A stretch of DNA of 64,000 nt from Scyliorhinus canicula (lineage: Eukaryota): positions 16,221,215-16,285,214 of the forward strand of contig NC_052152.1 of assembly GCF_902713615.1 (NCBI RefSeq), written 5' to 3'. The notes beneath the pieces are model-generated. The model saw only the letters and a list, made by a program, of their open reading frames with translations. It was not told the DNA's origin and did no database searches. Shown here one piece after another: positions 35,193 to 47,942 of this stretch. The stretch's first letter is position 1, and each line of letters begins with the position of its first letter. A program made the translations under genes and the position numbers.

Positions 35193-37491
35193 GGGGAATG
35201 AGCCCGGCCAGGTGGTCGAAGTTTCAGTAGGGAAGCATTTCGGGAACAGTGACCACAATTCAGTGTTTTAAAGTGCTGGTGGGCAAGGATAAGAGTGGTC
35301 CTTGGGTTAATGTGCTAAATTGGGGGAAGGCTAATTATAACAATATTAGGCAGGAACTGAAAAACCGAGATTGGGGGTGGATGTTTGAGGGTAAATCAAC
35401 ATCTGACATGTGGGAGGCTTTCAAATGCCAGTTGAAAGGAATTCAGACCGCCATGTTCCTGTGCGGAAGAAGGATAAATACAGCAAATTTCGGGAACCTT
35501 GGATAACGAAAGATATTGTTGGCCTCGCAAAAAGAAAAAGGAGGCATTTGTCAGGGCTAGAAGGCTGGGAACAGACAAAGCCTGTGTGGAATATAAGGAA
35601 AGTAGGAGTTAGGAGGGCTAAAAGGGGTCACAAAAAGTCATTGGCAAATCAGGTTAAGGAAAATCCCAAGGCTTTTTACACGTACATAAAAAGCAAGAGG
35701 GTAGCCAGGGAAAGGGTGGGCCCTCTCAAGGATAGGCAAGGGAATCTATGTGTGGAGCCAGAGGAAATAGGCGAGGTACTAAATGAATACTTTGCATCAG
35801 TTTTCCCCAAGGAGAAGGAATTGGTGATGTTGAGTATGGAGAAGGGTGTGCAGATGGCCTGGGTCACATTGAGATCCAAAAAGAGAAGTGTTGGGCGTCT
35901 TGAAAAATATTAAGGTAGATACGTCCCCAGGGCCTGATGGGATCTACCCCAGAATACTGAAGGAGGCTACAGAGGAAATTGCTGAGGCCTTGACAGAAAT
36001 CTTTGGATCCTCACTGTCTTCAGGTGATGTCCCGGAGGACTGGAGAATAGCCAATGTTGTTCCTTTGTTCAAGAAGGGTAGCAAGGATAATCCAGGGAAC
36101 TACAGGCCGGTGAGCCTTATGTCAGTGGTAGGGAAATTACTGGAGAGAATTCTTTGAGACAGGATCTACTCCCATTTGGAAGCAAATGGACGTATTAGCG
36201 AGGGGCAGCATGGTTTTGTGAAGGAGAGGTCGTGTCTCACTAACTTGATAGAGTTTTTCCAGGAGGTCACAAAGATGATTGATGCATGTAGGGCAGTGGA
36301 TGTTGTCTATATGGACTTCAATAAGGCCTTTGACAAGGTCCCTCATGGCAGACTGGTACAAAAGTTGAAGTCACACGGGATCAGGAGTGAGCTGGCAAGA
36401 TGGATACAGAACTGACTAGGTCATAGAAGGCAGAGAGTAGCAATGGAAGGGTGCTTTTCTGATTGGAGGGCTGTGCCTAGTGGTGTTCTGCAGGGATCAT
36501 TGCTGGGACCTTTGCTGTTCATAGTATATATAAATGATTTGGAGGAAAATGTAACTGGTCTGATTAGTAAATTTGCAGACGACACAAAGGTTGGTGGAAT
36601 TGCAGATAGTGATGAGGACTGTCAGAGGATACAGCAGGATTTCGATCGTTTGAAGACTTGGGCGGAGAGATGGCAGATGGAGTTTGATCCGGACAAATGT
36701 GAGGTAATGCATTTTGGAAGGTCTAATATAGATAGGGAATATACAGGGAATGGTAGAACCCTCAAGAGTATTGACAGTCAGCAGTCAGAGAGATCTTGGT
36801 GTACAGGTCCACAGGTCACTGAAAGGGGCAACACAGGTGGAGAAGGTAGTCAAGAAGGCATACGGCATGCTTGCCTTCATTGGCCGGGGCACTGAGTATA
36901 AAAATTGGCAAGTCATGTTGCAGCTGTATCGAACCTTAGTTAGGCCACACTTGGAGTATAGTGTTTAATTCTGGTCGCCACACTACCAGAAGGATGTAGA
37001 GGCTTTAGAGAGGGTGCAGAATAGATTAACCAGGATGTTGCCTGGTACGGAAGGCATTAGCTATGAGGAGAGGTTGAATAAACTTGTTTTCTTCTCACTG
37101 GAACGACGGAGGTTGAGGGGCGACCTGATAGAGGTCTACAAAATTATGAGGGGCATAGACAGAGTGGATAGTCAAAGGCTTTTTCCCAGGGTAGAGGGGT
37201 CAATTACTAGGGGGCATAGGAATAAGGTGCGAGGGGCAAGGTTTAGAGGAGATGTACGAGGCAAGTTTTTTACACAGAGGGAAGTGGGTGCCTGGAACTC
37301 ACTGCCGGAGAAGGTGGTGGAAGCAGGGACGATAGTGACGTTTAAGGGGCATCTTGACAAATACATGAATAGGATGGGAATAGAGGGATACGGACCCCGG
37401 AAGATTTTAGTTGAGACGGGCAGCATGGTCAGCACAAGCTTGGAGGGCTGAAGGGCCTGTTCCTGTGCTGTATTTTTATTTGTTCTTTGTT
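35193..37491 (+). mobile_element. CR1 LINE, 5'-truncated, ORF2 RT broken by stops and frameshifts
   Basis: SPGPDGI..DWRIANVVPLFKKG..NYRPVSL; QHGF..SCLTNL; VLQGSLLGP..SKFADDTK; 3' tail. Confidence 0.95.
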
Positions 37492-39966
37492 CACTGGGTT
37501 GTCACTCATCTGCAGGTTGGTCAGCCACCGTTCGGAGATGCTGGGTCATGGAAGGGCTTCTGAGCGGCGACTCTGTGGGGTTCCTCCTGTGGTAGTGGAG
37601 TGAGACCTGCCACTCCTTCATGCTCAGGGTTCTGCTCCTGCCTCCAGAGAGCCACCCATCTCCACTGACATCTTCTCTCCTCTTGAAGCACAAGAAGGAT
37701 GATAGCGAGTTCCATTATCTCTCTCCATCTCACTCACTCTAATCATTTTGAGGAAACGAGGGAGAGAGAGTTAGCGGTGTGCCGTTGCCTCTTTGCTCAT
37801 TCACCTCTGGTAGTTGAGTGTTAACGGGCATTGACTACTGTGCTGGCCATGACATTGAGGACCTTTCTCTCTGGAGCTCTCAAAATGCACAAGGCCCCAC
37901 ACCATACTTTCCACACTTAGCCTGGTCAAGTTGCCACAGCTTTGGCAACTCACCTATCACCTGAACCCTCCTGTAAGGGACACGTATTTGTTTCTAGTTT
38001 CACCCAAAGGCCATGTGCAACCCTATCAAGGTGTACGTTTCTATGTCTGTTCCTTCTGTCCGTAAAGGATGGGGGTTTGTGCCAGTGAGTCCCACTGTGA
38101 GCCTGACTGGTAATCATAAGTTGGCTGTCAGCGTAATTCTTAGAATTGTTGAGCAAATGAGAAAATGCTGTCCAATTGTAGAATCACACCTCGTGTTGAA
38201 CATTATGTTCTGAGTAAGCACGGACTGGTTGTGCACGGTCAGTAATTTGCCTTTTGTAAACAGCTGAAGGTATGTGCTGTTTGATACAACCCACCAGTCA
38301 TTGGCCTGATGTACCTGTCATCACACTGGCACTGAAATTCATACAGCACATTACTCATATTTATGGTAGGCAGAACCTCTTTTTGGCTTGATGGCAGCAT
38401 CTTGTTAGTGAAGAAGACCATTCACGTTGCTACTGCACTGCAGCAGCGTGAAATAGCTAGCTTCACCCGGCACTCAAATACTTGACATACCTCAATCTTC
38501 CAGCACAATCTGAGGTAGACTGGACACTTTCAGGCCTGAGGCCCATTCATGAGTTTGTGCGATATACAGCAAGCGATGGTCTAATTGGGGTAGACATTAT
38601 CCCTGGGGGTGGATTCGACTTGCCTTATTTCAGCATCGAGGTTGCAGATAAAGACCAATCTTATACTGCATGACACTGTAGGAATCCCAACACATACTTG
38701 GTCCATTGAAAGTAGGCTTGCAGTGGAAAGTAGTGAAGAACTGGCATATCTCTCAACTAACAGAAAGGAGCTAATTTGACTGCTCCATTTTAAAGGATAA
38801 TTTGAGCGTGCGGAAGGAATTTTTTACATGGAGCTGTGTTCAAATATGGGACGCGATTCAGCGGACCAAAGTTAAAGTCCGGTTTTGGCCACATTTGGCG
38901 AGGAGTTTCGCGACAGCCGTGTTAGCAAGATCGAGGCCCATATTCAACAGCACTTAGTGCCGAAAACTAGCCCCCAAGTGATCCTCGATATTACTGGCTC
39001 CCTCGCTGTCTGATTCGCCCGACCTGTGCCTCAGCATCTCGTCACTAACAAGGGGGAGCTGTTTTTAAGCGTTCCCTCACCATTCCCCGTCTACACACAA
39101 AAATGGCAGCGCGCAGACCTGCTCCTTGCTCTGGGAATGCCTACCTCACAAGGATTCTTGATGCTGCGGATGAGATGCCGGCCACCCAGTTCCTCTGCAG
39201 GGATCGGAGGACCAGCAGCACGGTCCGCCTTGGAGGCAGTGGCAGCAGCTGTCAGTACGGGCGGCATTGCCAGGAGGACCTTCATCCAATGTCGGCAGAC
39301 CAATGACCTTCAAGGAGTTACCACCTCTCTCCTGGCATCAGTTGAGCCTGCAATTCCTCAAATTCTATCCCCTCGTCCCCCAATCCACTGGCTGACACCT
39401 CAAACCCTCTCCACATCCGATCTGCCTGCTTGTTCCTGGCACCCACTGGCACAGCCCCTTCATGTCCAGATGCGGTGCCCACACATGCCACAATGCCCTC
39501 TCTTTGTCCACACAGAAGAGGATAAGCTATAATAAATGGGAAAGGTCCAAAACAGTCAGAGCAATCCCAGACATTCAAGTCCTCACCCCCAAAGAGGAAC
39601 GGTCCTGGAAATTGCAGGGTTTTCCGAGGAGAGAGCACAGTCAGGGTGGCCTGCACAGAGCGGTGAGGATCCACTGTCCCTTCACCCAGATAACCTGTCT
39701 CAAGTGAGTTTTTCATGTCAGACAAAATGATCCTTCCTTCTCACTGACCACATGTTGATTGTCTCCAAGGATCTCCTTATGATGGGGCCAGGCCATCTGG
39801 AGTCATACCTCCCCTGCCACCCAACAGACCACCTCGGGGGAGAGCTCCGAGGACGCAAATGGCAAGCCATCACAGCTATCACCCCCACCATTCACCAGTG
39901 CAGAGACACACACCTTAGTGGGCGACATTGGTGGACATGCTCCTAGTGCACAATCTGGGGAGCAAT

Positions 39967-40172
39967 TGGTTAAGAGACATTCCAATTAGTTGTCTCATTT
40001 ATGTTAAGTATCCAATAATTGACACTGATATGTAAAGAGGCTTCAGGTGACCTTTGTGTCAGGTTATGTGAAGATAGTGTTTTGTGCAGAGTCTGTTAAA
40101 GTGAAATAAAGGTGTTCTGTGAAAAGGAGCAGAACCTTTGATCTTTATACAATAGCAGCTAAACATCTAACA
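39967..40172 (+). mobile_element. AT-rich LTR-like fragment inserted in the Harbinger Myb gene
   Basis: Abrupt composition change; aaataaagg; ends acatctaaca. Confidence 0.5.
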
Positions 40173-40627
40173 CAGTTGCTGATGCACATCAGGTGGAGAC
40201 AGGAAGATCCAAGAAAGTCAGTCGTCAAAGGTCTACTTGAGACACAGAAGGGTCTCAGCCAGATGCCGAGCCTCTGGACAAGGTTATCCCAGAGCTGATG
40301 CGGGTATTTCCCAATCGGAAACCCTGGCTCAAAAAAAAGGTTCACTCCCTGCTAAAGTTCCGGATGGAGGCGTTCAAGTCTGACGACCCTGACCTATGTA
40401 AGAAATCCAGGTATGACGTATGGAAAGCCATCAGGGATGCAAAAAGACAATACTGCTTCAAACTAGAGTCCCAGGCCAACGACACTAACACACAATGACT
40501 ATGGCAGGGCCGACACAAGATCACAGACTATAAAGCAAGGCCAGGTGGAATACCTGGGGCTGGAGCATTCCTACCCGATGATCTGAACAAGTCCTATGCC
40601 CGCTTTGAGCAGTCAGCCAATGTATCA

Positions 40628-41666
40628 GTGCCACCTGCCCCAACAGCCCTGGACACACCCATACCCACTATTACAGCCTCAGAGGTAAGAGCTGCCATCT
40701 TGAAAGTGAATCCGCGGAAAGCGACGGGCCCTGACGGAGTTCCTGGGCGAGCACTCAGAGCCTGCGCAGACCAGCTGGCGAGTGTATTCGCAGATATCTT
40801 CACCACTTCACTCCTCCGCTCTGAGGTCCCCACCTCCTTCAAGAAGGCCACCATAATGCCAGTACCAAAGAAGAACAAGGTCGCCTGTCTCAACGACTAC
40901 CGACCGGTGGCCCTCACGTCTGTTATCACAAAATGCTTTGAGCGGCTAGTCATGAGACGGATCACTGCCGGCCTCCCAGACGGTTTCGATCCACTGCAGT
41001 TTGCCTATCACCGCAACCAGTCCACAGCAGACGCTATCTCACTGGCTCTGCAAACAACACTCAAACACCTCGACAACAAGGACACCTATGTAAGACTGCT
41101 GTTCATAGACTACAGCTCTGCCTTCAACACCATTAACCCAACAAGACTAATAACCAAACTCTGCAATCTTGGACGTGACCCCTCCCTGTGCAGCTGGATC
41201 CTCAACTTCCTCACTAACAGACTGCAATCTGTCAGGATAGGCAACAACACCTCCTTCACAATAGTCCTCAACACCGGAATCTCACAAGGATGTGTGCTCA
41301 GTCCTCTACTGTACTCCCTATACACACATGACTGTGTGGCAAGATTAAACTCCAACTCAATCTATAAGTTTGCGGATGATACGACTGTAGTGGGCCGCAT
41401 CTCAAACAATGACAAATCAGACTACAGGAGGGAGATAAATCACTTGGTTGCATGGTGTACTGAAAACAACCTCTCTCTAAATCTTGGAAAGACCAAGGAA
41501 CTGATCATTGACTTCAGGAAGTGTAGCACAACTCACACTCCCATCTGCATCAACGGTTCCGAAGTGGAGATGGTCGATAGCTTTAAGTTCCTGGGGGTCA
41601 CCATCACCAACAGTCTGTCCTGGTCCACTCACTTTGATGCAACAAGAAAGCCCAACAATGTCTCTA
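40628..41666 (+). pseudogene. Uninterrupted reverse transcriptase reading frame (about 345 aa) of the Rex1/Babar LINE
   Basis: KATGPDGVP, NDYRPVALTS, LQFAY, LFIDYSSAFNTI, QGCVLSPLLY, YKFADDT, FKFLG; cut at its end by a SINE insertion. Confidence 0.92.
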
Positions 41667-42013
41667 ATTTAGAATTTAGAACAGTACAGCACAGAACAGG
41701 CCCTTCGGCCCTCGATGTTGTGCCGAGCAATGATCACCCTACTCAAACTCACATATCCACCCTATACCCGCAACCCAACAACTTCCCCCTTAACCTTACT
41801 TTTTTTAGGACACTACGGGCAATTTATCATGGCCAATCCACCTAACCCGCACATCTTTGGACTGTGCGAGGAAACCGGAGCACCCGGAGGAAACCCACGC
41901 ACACACGGGGAGGACGTGCAGACTCCGCACAGACAGTGACCCAGCCAGGAACCGAACCTGGGACCCTGGAGCTGTGAAGCATTGATGCTAACCACTATGC
42001 TACTGTGCTGCCC
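41667..42013 (-). mobile_element. HE1 SINE inserted in the Rex1/Babar ORF
   Basis: Full head (tgtgctgccc) and CR1-like tail; LINE resumes cttcctacggaagctaaag. Confidence 0.92.
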
Positions 42014-43623
42014 CTTCCTACGGAAGCTAAAGAAATTTGGCATGTCTGCATCGACTCTCACAAACTTCTACAGATTTGCAATAGAGAGCATCCTATCTGG
42101 CTGCATCACAGCTTGATATGGCAACTGCTCAGTCCAAGATCGCAAGAAACTGCAGAAACTGAGTGGTGAACTCAGCCCAACGCTTCACACAAACCTGCCA
42201 CCTCCACATTGATTCTGTATACACCTCCCGCTGCCTCAGGAAAGCAGACAGCATTATCAGGGACCCTTCCCACCCAGGCATTGCCTTCTTCCAGACCCTT
42301 CCATTAGACAGAAGTCTGAAGACTCGTACATCCAGACATAGAGACAGCTTCTTCCCCACAGCTACAAGACTGCTCAACGACTCCCCCTCGGACTGATCTG
42401 TTCCCTGTAAGAACACTATTCACGACACCCTATGCTGCTCATGTATTTGCTTTGTTTGCTTTGTTTGGCCTCTTGTTCCGCACTGTAACCAATCACTGTT
42501 TTGTTGATGTACTATTTATCAATAGTTCTCTGTTGATTATTCTTGTGTCTACTATGTATGTACTGTGTACGTTCCTCAGCCACAGAAAAATACTTTTCAC
42601 TGTACTTCGGTACATGTGACAATAAATCAAATCATCATCATCATGCAGATGATAGGACACAGCTGTAACATTCAGGAGGGGGTGTCAGCGGCATTCCAGC
42701 AACTGCAAGGCTGTTTGGAGGAGTTCCAAAGGTTACATGAGCAGGAGATGCTGCTGACAATGCGTGACACTGAGGCCAACACTGCTAGGGTGGCGACCGC
42801 AGTGGAGAGCCTGGAGCACGGCATCTGCGTTTTGAGTGGTGGTGTTCAAGGCATGGCTCAGTTTGTGACGTCCATAGTTGGGGGTCTAAGCAACATGTCC
42901 CAGTCATGAAGGCCATGTCCAGATGCAGGTGGACATTGCCGAGGCACTGCAAATCATGGCCCAGTCCCTGAGTTTCATTGCTGAGGGTGTCGACACCATG
43001 GTGCAGGCAATGAGGAGCCTCCAGGACTTGCAAAGCCAAATGATTCAGAGGCCACTGGACTTCACCCTAGTTGCCTCTCAGTCCCATGGAGTCCTTCAAG
43101 GCCCTACGGACACCATTAAGGAGGCGGAAGTGCTGGAGCGCAACCCGGGGCCTGCCACCAAGGAGACTGCGGAAGTCTCCAGCTCTTCCGAGTCCCCCCT
43201 TCCTAACACCGGCGCATCTCATGAGCTGCCAGAATAATGTGGCATGGTGACGCCAGTCACAGCAGTAAGTCAGGGGAAGCCTCCTGGCTCCAGGCCCTCC
43301 AGAGCATGCCTGCCTCGGGCATCAAAGGCCACAGATTGGAAAGCGATTTTGCGCCCTCCCATTATTCCCCGGATGAGCCCGATCCACACCTGGCGCAAAA
43401 CAGTTGCTGAATCGTGCTCCTGGCAAAGGTATCATCCACAAATCAGAAATATGCAAGGGTTAAGAGATTAGGTGCCATTCCAACAAAGATTAGTTCCTTG
43501 TGAAAACTGACAAAGATGTTTGTGGGAGCTGGGCCCAGAAGGGATCCCATGGCAACTCCATCTCTTTGGGCAGAAATGGTACGGTCAAAACTGAACTCAA
43601 CTGTGCAAGTTGCTGGGTTCATA

Positions 43624-45197
43624 ATAGAGTCATAGAGGTTTGCAGCATAGAAACAGGCTGTTCGACCCAACTTGTCCATGCTGTCCCGTTTTTACCACAA
43701 AGCTCTTCCCAATTTCCCACATTTGGCCCATATCCCTCTATACCCATCTCTACTACTGCATCTGGCAGCTTGTTCCAGACACTCACCACCCTCTGTGTGA
43801 AAAATTACCCTTCTGGACCCTTTTGTATCTCTCCCCTCTCACCTGAAACTTATAAGACATAAGACATTGGAGTAGAATTAGGCCACTTGGCCCATCGACT
43901 CTGTTCCACCATTCAATCATGGCTGATATTTTCTCATCCACATTCTCCTGCCTTCTCCCCATAAGCCCTAATCCCCTCTAGTTTTAGACGCCCCTATCTT
44001 TGAGAAAAGATGTTGACCTTATCTATGCACCTCATGATTTTAAAGACCTCTAAAAGATCACCCCTAAACCTCCTACGCTCCAGGGAATAAAGTCCCAGTC
44101 TATCCAGCCTCTTCTTTAACTCAAACCATCAAGTCATGGTAGCATCACAGTAAATCTTTTCTGGACTCTTTTATGTTTGATAAAATCCTTTCCATAATAC
44201 GGTGACCAGAACTGTACACAGTATTCCAAGTGTTGCCTTACTAAAGTCTTGTACTACTTCAACGCCCCAACTCCCGTATTCAATGTTCTGATCAATGAAA
44301 CCAAGCATGCTGAATGCCTTCTTCACCGCCCTGTTCACCTATGACTCCACTTTCCCACTCACAAAGCCATTGTCCCCAATCAGTCCTTGCCTCTCTAAAT
44401 GCCTGTTGACCCTGTCTCTCAGAATACCTTCGAACAAATTACCCACCACAGACGTTAGGTTCACCGGTCTGTCGTTCCCAGGCTTTTCCCTGCGGTCCTT
44501 CTTAAACAAAGGCACAACATTTGCTACCCTCCAATCTTCAGGCATCGCATGTATGGCTGCCGATGATTCAAATATCTCTGCTCAGGGACCCGTAATTTCC
44601 TCCCTAGCCTCCCACAACGTCTTGGAATACATTTCATCAGGTCCCAGGGGTTTATCTAACTTGACGCGCTTTAAGACTTCCTGCACTTTCTTCTCTGTAA
44701 TATGTACACTCCTCAAAACATTTATTTCCCCAAGTTCCCTAACATCCATGCCTTTCTCAACAGTAAATACCGATGCGAAATATTCATTTAGGATCTCACC
44801 CATCTCTTGTGGATCTGCACATAGAAGACCTTGTAGATCCTGAAGAGGCCCTACTTTCTCCCTCGTCACTCTTTTGCCCGTCATGTATCTGCACAAGCTC
44901 TTTGGATTCTCCATTGTCTTATCTGACAAAGCAATCTTATGTCCCCTTTTTGCCCTCCTGATTTCTCTCTTAACTCTACTCCGACAAACTCTATACTCTT
45001 CAAGGGATCCACTTGATCCCAACTGCCTATGCATGTCATATGCCTCCTTCTTCTTTTTGACCAGGGCCACAATATCCTGAGTCATCCAGGGTTCCCTACT
45101 TCTACCAGTCTTGCCCTTTACTCTAAAAAGGAATGTACTTACCCTGAACCCTGGTTAACACACTTTTGAAAGCCTCCCTCTTACCAACCGCCCCTGG
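43624..45197 (-). mobile_element. CR1 LINE (internally deleted) with a second CR1 tail at about 43850-43975
   Basis: MPEDWRVANVVPLFKK..RPVNLTSVVG; KREIRRAKRGH..LNEYFASVFT. Confidence 0.92.
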
Positions 45198-46988
45198 TAA
45201 ATTCAACAAATACAGGTTTGGAATACAATTGGTATTCTTGCGAAGGTGCAAGGTGAAATGATTCGACAGCTGGGGTGCATCATCACCCCTGGTAATGACA
45301 TTTTGATTACATTTATTAAGTTTCCTTTTGTTGCAATGTTTTTGTTACAGTCCCTCATCAGGGTTACCACCCCTTCTCACTTGTGTTCAATTTATGGATT
45401 CTCGTTTCCTTAAAAGAGTAGAAAGAGACACAGGTGTAGATTAGAGTCAGGAGATATGTTTCATTCTGTAAATAAACCTATCTGAAGTGACAATTGGTTT
45501 TGGATTCTTCCTTCAGCTGTACAGCAGGTGGCATCCTGTATTATTGGCGCTGTACAAATGCAAGAGAGGAGTTTGAAATCACTGAGGGGAGAGAAACAAG
45601 TGGGTCGGGATTTTCCATGTCTACACTCGACAGCCACTTTCTAATGAATAGGCAGAATTTGAGGTCTGCCGACTGTCAAAATACCAGCTCCGTTCAAATG
45701 AGGGAAAATGCAAGCCAGAGGTTTAAGGGCAGAAATTATAATGTCATCATGCAAACCCTCAGTAGACTCAAAGCAAATTCCTCTCTCCACTGTTTTAAGG
45801 AGTTAGCCTGTTTATTTTAACTGAGCTGCTAAAACACTAGAGTAAAAGCACTTTACGAGTGCATTAAATATTCATACAATGTGATGTTGGCAGTGGTGTC
45901 TAACTTTTACTTTTGTTGAAAATGCATTGGTGCAATTAAAATGCGTTCCTTTTTAAATCGCAAATTATATACAATCTGCCTACCTTTGAGCCCTCCCCTA
46001 AAAATAGGGATTTTGACATCAACCTCCTGCTTTTGAATGGCGCCATTGACTTGGGCAAACAGCACACAGCGCTTCAGAGGAGCAGGGATTGTGTCGAGGG
46101 GGGGCAAAAAAAAAGACACCATCACTTGGATGTCCAAGTTTTTTTCAGAAAAGGAGCACTGGGGAGGGAGTCACACACCCAGCCTGTGTACCACTGGCAT
46201 GTCGCGAGCCCTCACACTACAGACTGCCACGGCCTCCAGGCTGGATGCTTTCAGTGCCAAAACCCACTGTCCCAGGGTGTGTCTACCAAAGTAATATAGC
46301 TTCTAAATCAAAGATTATGAGAGTTTTAGTATTTTCTATTAAAGCGTAGCCACTGTTATTACGCACAAGCACTGTAATTTGGTACTTTGTGGTTTGTCTG
46401 CGGTTTTTTGATTCAACCTTTTCCTTCGGATTCTGGCTCCTGTCCCTGGTCATCTCCCTTTTTTGTTTAATTCAGCACTCATTGTGGTGATGGATGGAAG
46501 AAATACTTTCCATTTTGAACAGCAAATGCCAATGTTGAGCACGAGCGGCTCAGGGTTGGATGCAAAGCCAAAGCATTGCGTGCTTCATTCCCAATTTCAG
46601 AAACGTGGAGAGGTGCGGCACATTTCTAGTTTGTGAGGGGAAATCCTTACGGTGGACATTTTTGTGCCGGGATCCCAAGCTCACCAGGAATTAGATTTGG
46701 GACTGCTCAACCTAATATCAAAAAACCTTCTGATGAAATCTATGAGACAGAGAATTACACAGAATAAACATCACTTAAACAGGTACCCTGGCCAATATTT
46801 ATAACTATCAGGATCACTGAAGAAGACTTTCTGCTCATCATCATATTGCAGTTTGTGGGAGCTCTCTGTGCACAGATTGGCTGCTGCAGGACACGGAATT
46901 ATGTAGAATGTATGACACATAAACAGGCCATTCAGCCTGATTAGCCCATATTGGCCTTTATGCTCCACCTCCTATCTATCAGCAGCAA

Positions 46989-47322
46989 GGGGCGGCACGG
47001 TGGCACAGTGGTTAGCACTGCTGCCTCACAGCAGCAGGGACCCAGGTACAATTCCAGCCTCGGGTGACGGGCTTATGTGGAGTTTGTACGTTCTCCCCTT
47101 GCCTGCATGGGTTTCCTCTGGGTGCTCCGGTTTCCTCCCACAATCCAAAGATGTGTAGGTCAGGTAGATTGACAATGCTAAATTGCCCTTTAGCGTACAA
47201 AGATGTGCAGGGGTTATGGTGAGGGAGGATGCCGAGGTAGCGTGCTCTTTCAGAGTGTGGGTGCAGACTCGAAGGGCTGAATGGCCTATTTCTGCACTGT
47301 AGGGATTCTATGATTCTATGAT
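46989..47322 (+). mobile_element. HE1 SINE
   Basis: gggcggcacggtggcacagtggttagcactg head; tail ctgtagggattctatgattctatg. Confidence 0.92.
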
Positions 47323-47942
47323 TATCAACATAACGTTCCTTCCACATATATTTATCTGGTCTTCCCTTAAATGCTGTACGATACTACTCACCTCCACCAT
47401 TTCCTGCCTTGGCGAGTTCAACATTCCCACTATCATATTGAGGTAGAGGTCCTAATAAATACTGACATTCTTCCCCAACCAAACAATTGAATTGGTTTCC
47501 ATCTACATTAATGAGACCACACAGAAATTGGGTTTTGGCTTTGGGTTCAGTCTGTAAGTATGATGACATTAGCGCCGGGTTGTTTTCCATTCCACTCTGA
47601 CCTCTCTATCCTTGTCTTTGTACACTGTTCCAGTGAAGAGCGCTGCAAGCTCATCTTTTCGCAGACACCTTAGAGAACTCCTGCCTCATCATTGAGTCCA
47701 ACAATTTTAGAGAATAACCACTCCCATTTCCTCAGTCAGTGGATATTTATAATTGTTCTGCTTTTGCCAGTCAGAATTCCTCAAGAACCGTTGTTTTAGT
47801 TTACTCATCCCTTGACCACCCAACCTTTTGCCCTCTGCCCAGTCATTGTATCTCTCCTGCTCTCCACCCTATCCTCAGACCCTTTCTTCCTTCCTCCCCC
47901 TCCCTGGCTCTGCACTCATTTAACCACAATTAAATCTCTAAT

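Larger units (their letters stand above)
34515..37733 (-). pseudogene. PIF/Harbinger (HARBI1-like) DDE transposase, decayed and split by a MITE and a CR1
   Basis: KVTATLNLYTSGSFQ..DLCAISQAS..FHSLNIQLVCDH..ILQVCARFLGSFH..IL (34515-34975); probable N-terminal part at 37500-37733. Confidence 0.85.
40300..42642 (+). mobile_element. Rex1/Babar-type LINE, 5'-truncated
   Basis: Starts VFPNRKPW; RT domain; 3' tail gtgacaataaatcaaatcatcatc; atgc repeated at both junctions. Confidence 0.9.
39103..43330 (+). pseudogene. Multi-segment Myb/SANT-like DNA-binding gene of Harbinger, frameshifted
   Basis: MAARRPAP..LTRILDA; EAVAAAVS..RRTFIQCR..NDL; YNKWERSKT..PDIQVLTPKEE; YPELM|QMIGH..ANTARVATAVESLE. Confidence 0.8.
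38849..43419 (+). mobile_element. Harbinger element carrying only the Myb/SANT gene, with nested insertions
   Basis: TIRs ggacgcgattcagc / gctgaatcgtgctc; TSD atg/ctg. Confidence 0.85.
38030..45230 (-). mobile_element. Penelope-like retroelement (RT + GIY-YIG) in three pieces: about 45198-45230, 43423-43623 and 38030-38848
   Basis: EFSFD..QRDGVAMGSLLGP..NIFV; YF*FVDDTFA|IFE rejoined across the Harbinger insertion; SNVLYEFQCQCD (GIY-YIG). Confidence 0.85.

Noticed and set aside
34515-35258. Domesticated HARBI1 host gene (247 aa ORF)
   Set aside because: The ORF is a chimera of antisense CR1, a MITE and transposase. Catalytic motifs are degraded (no intact DG/DC-T-H; HD changed to HN).
44295-44843. 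182 aa plus-strand ORF
   Set aside because: Antisense frame of CR1 ORF2.
45494-45820. 108 aa plus-strand ORF as a gene
   Set aside because: Non-ATG start and no recognisable motif; kept only as part of the repeat-free island finding.
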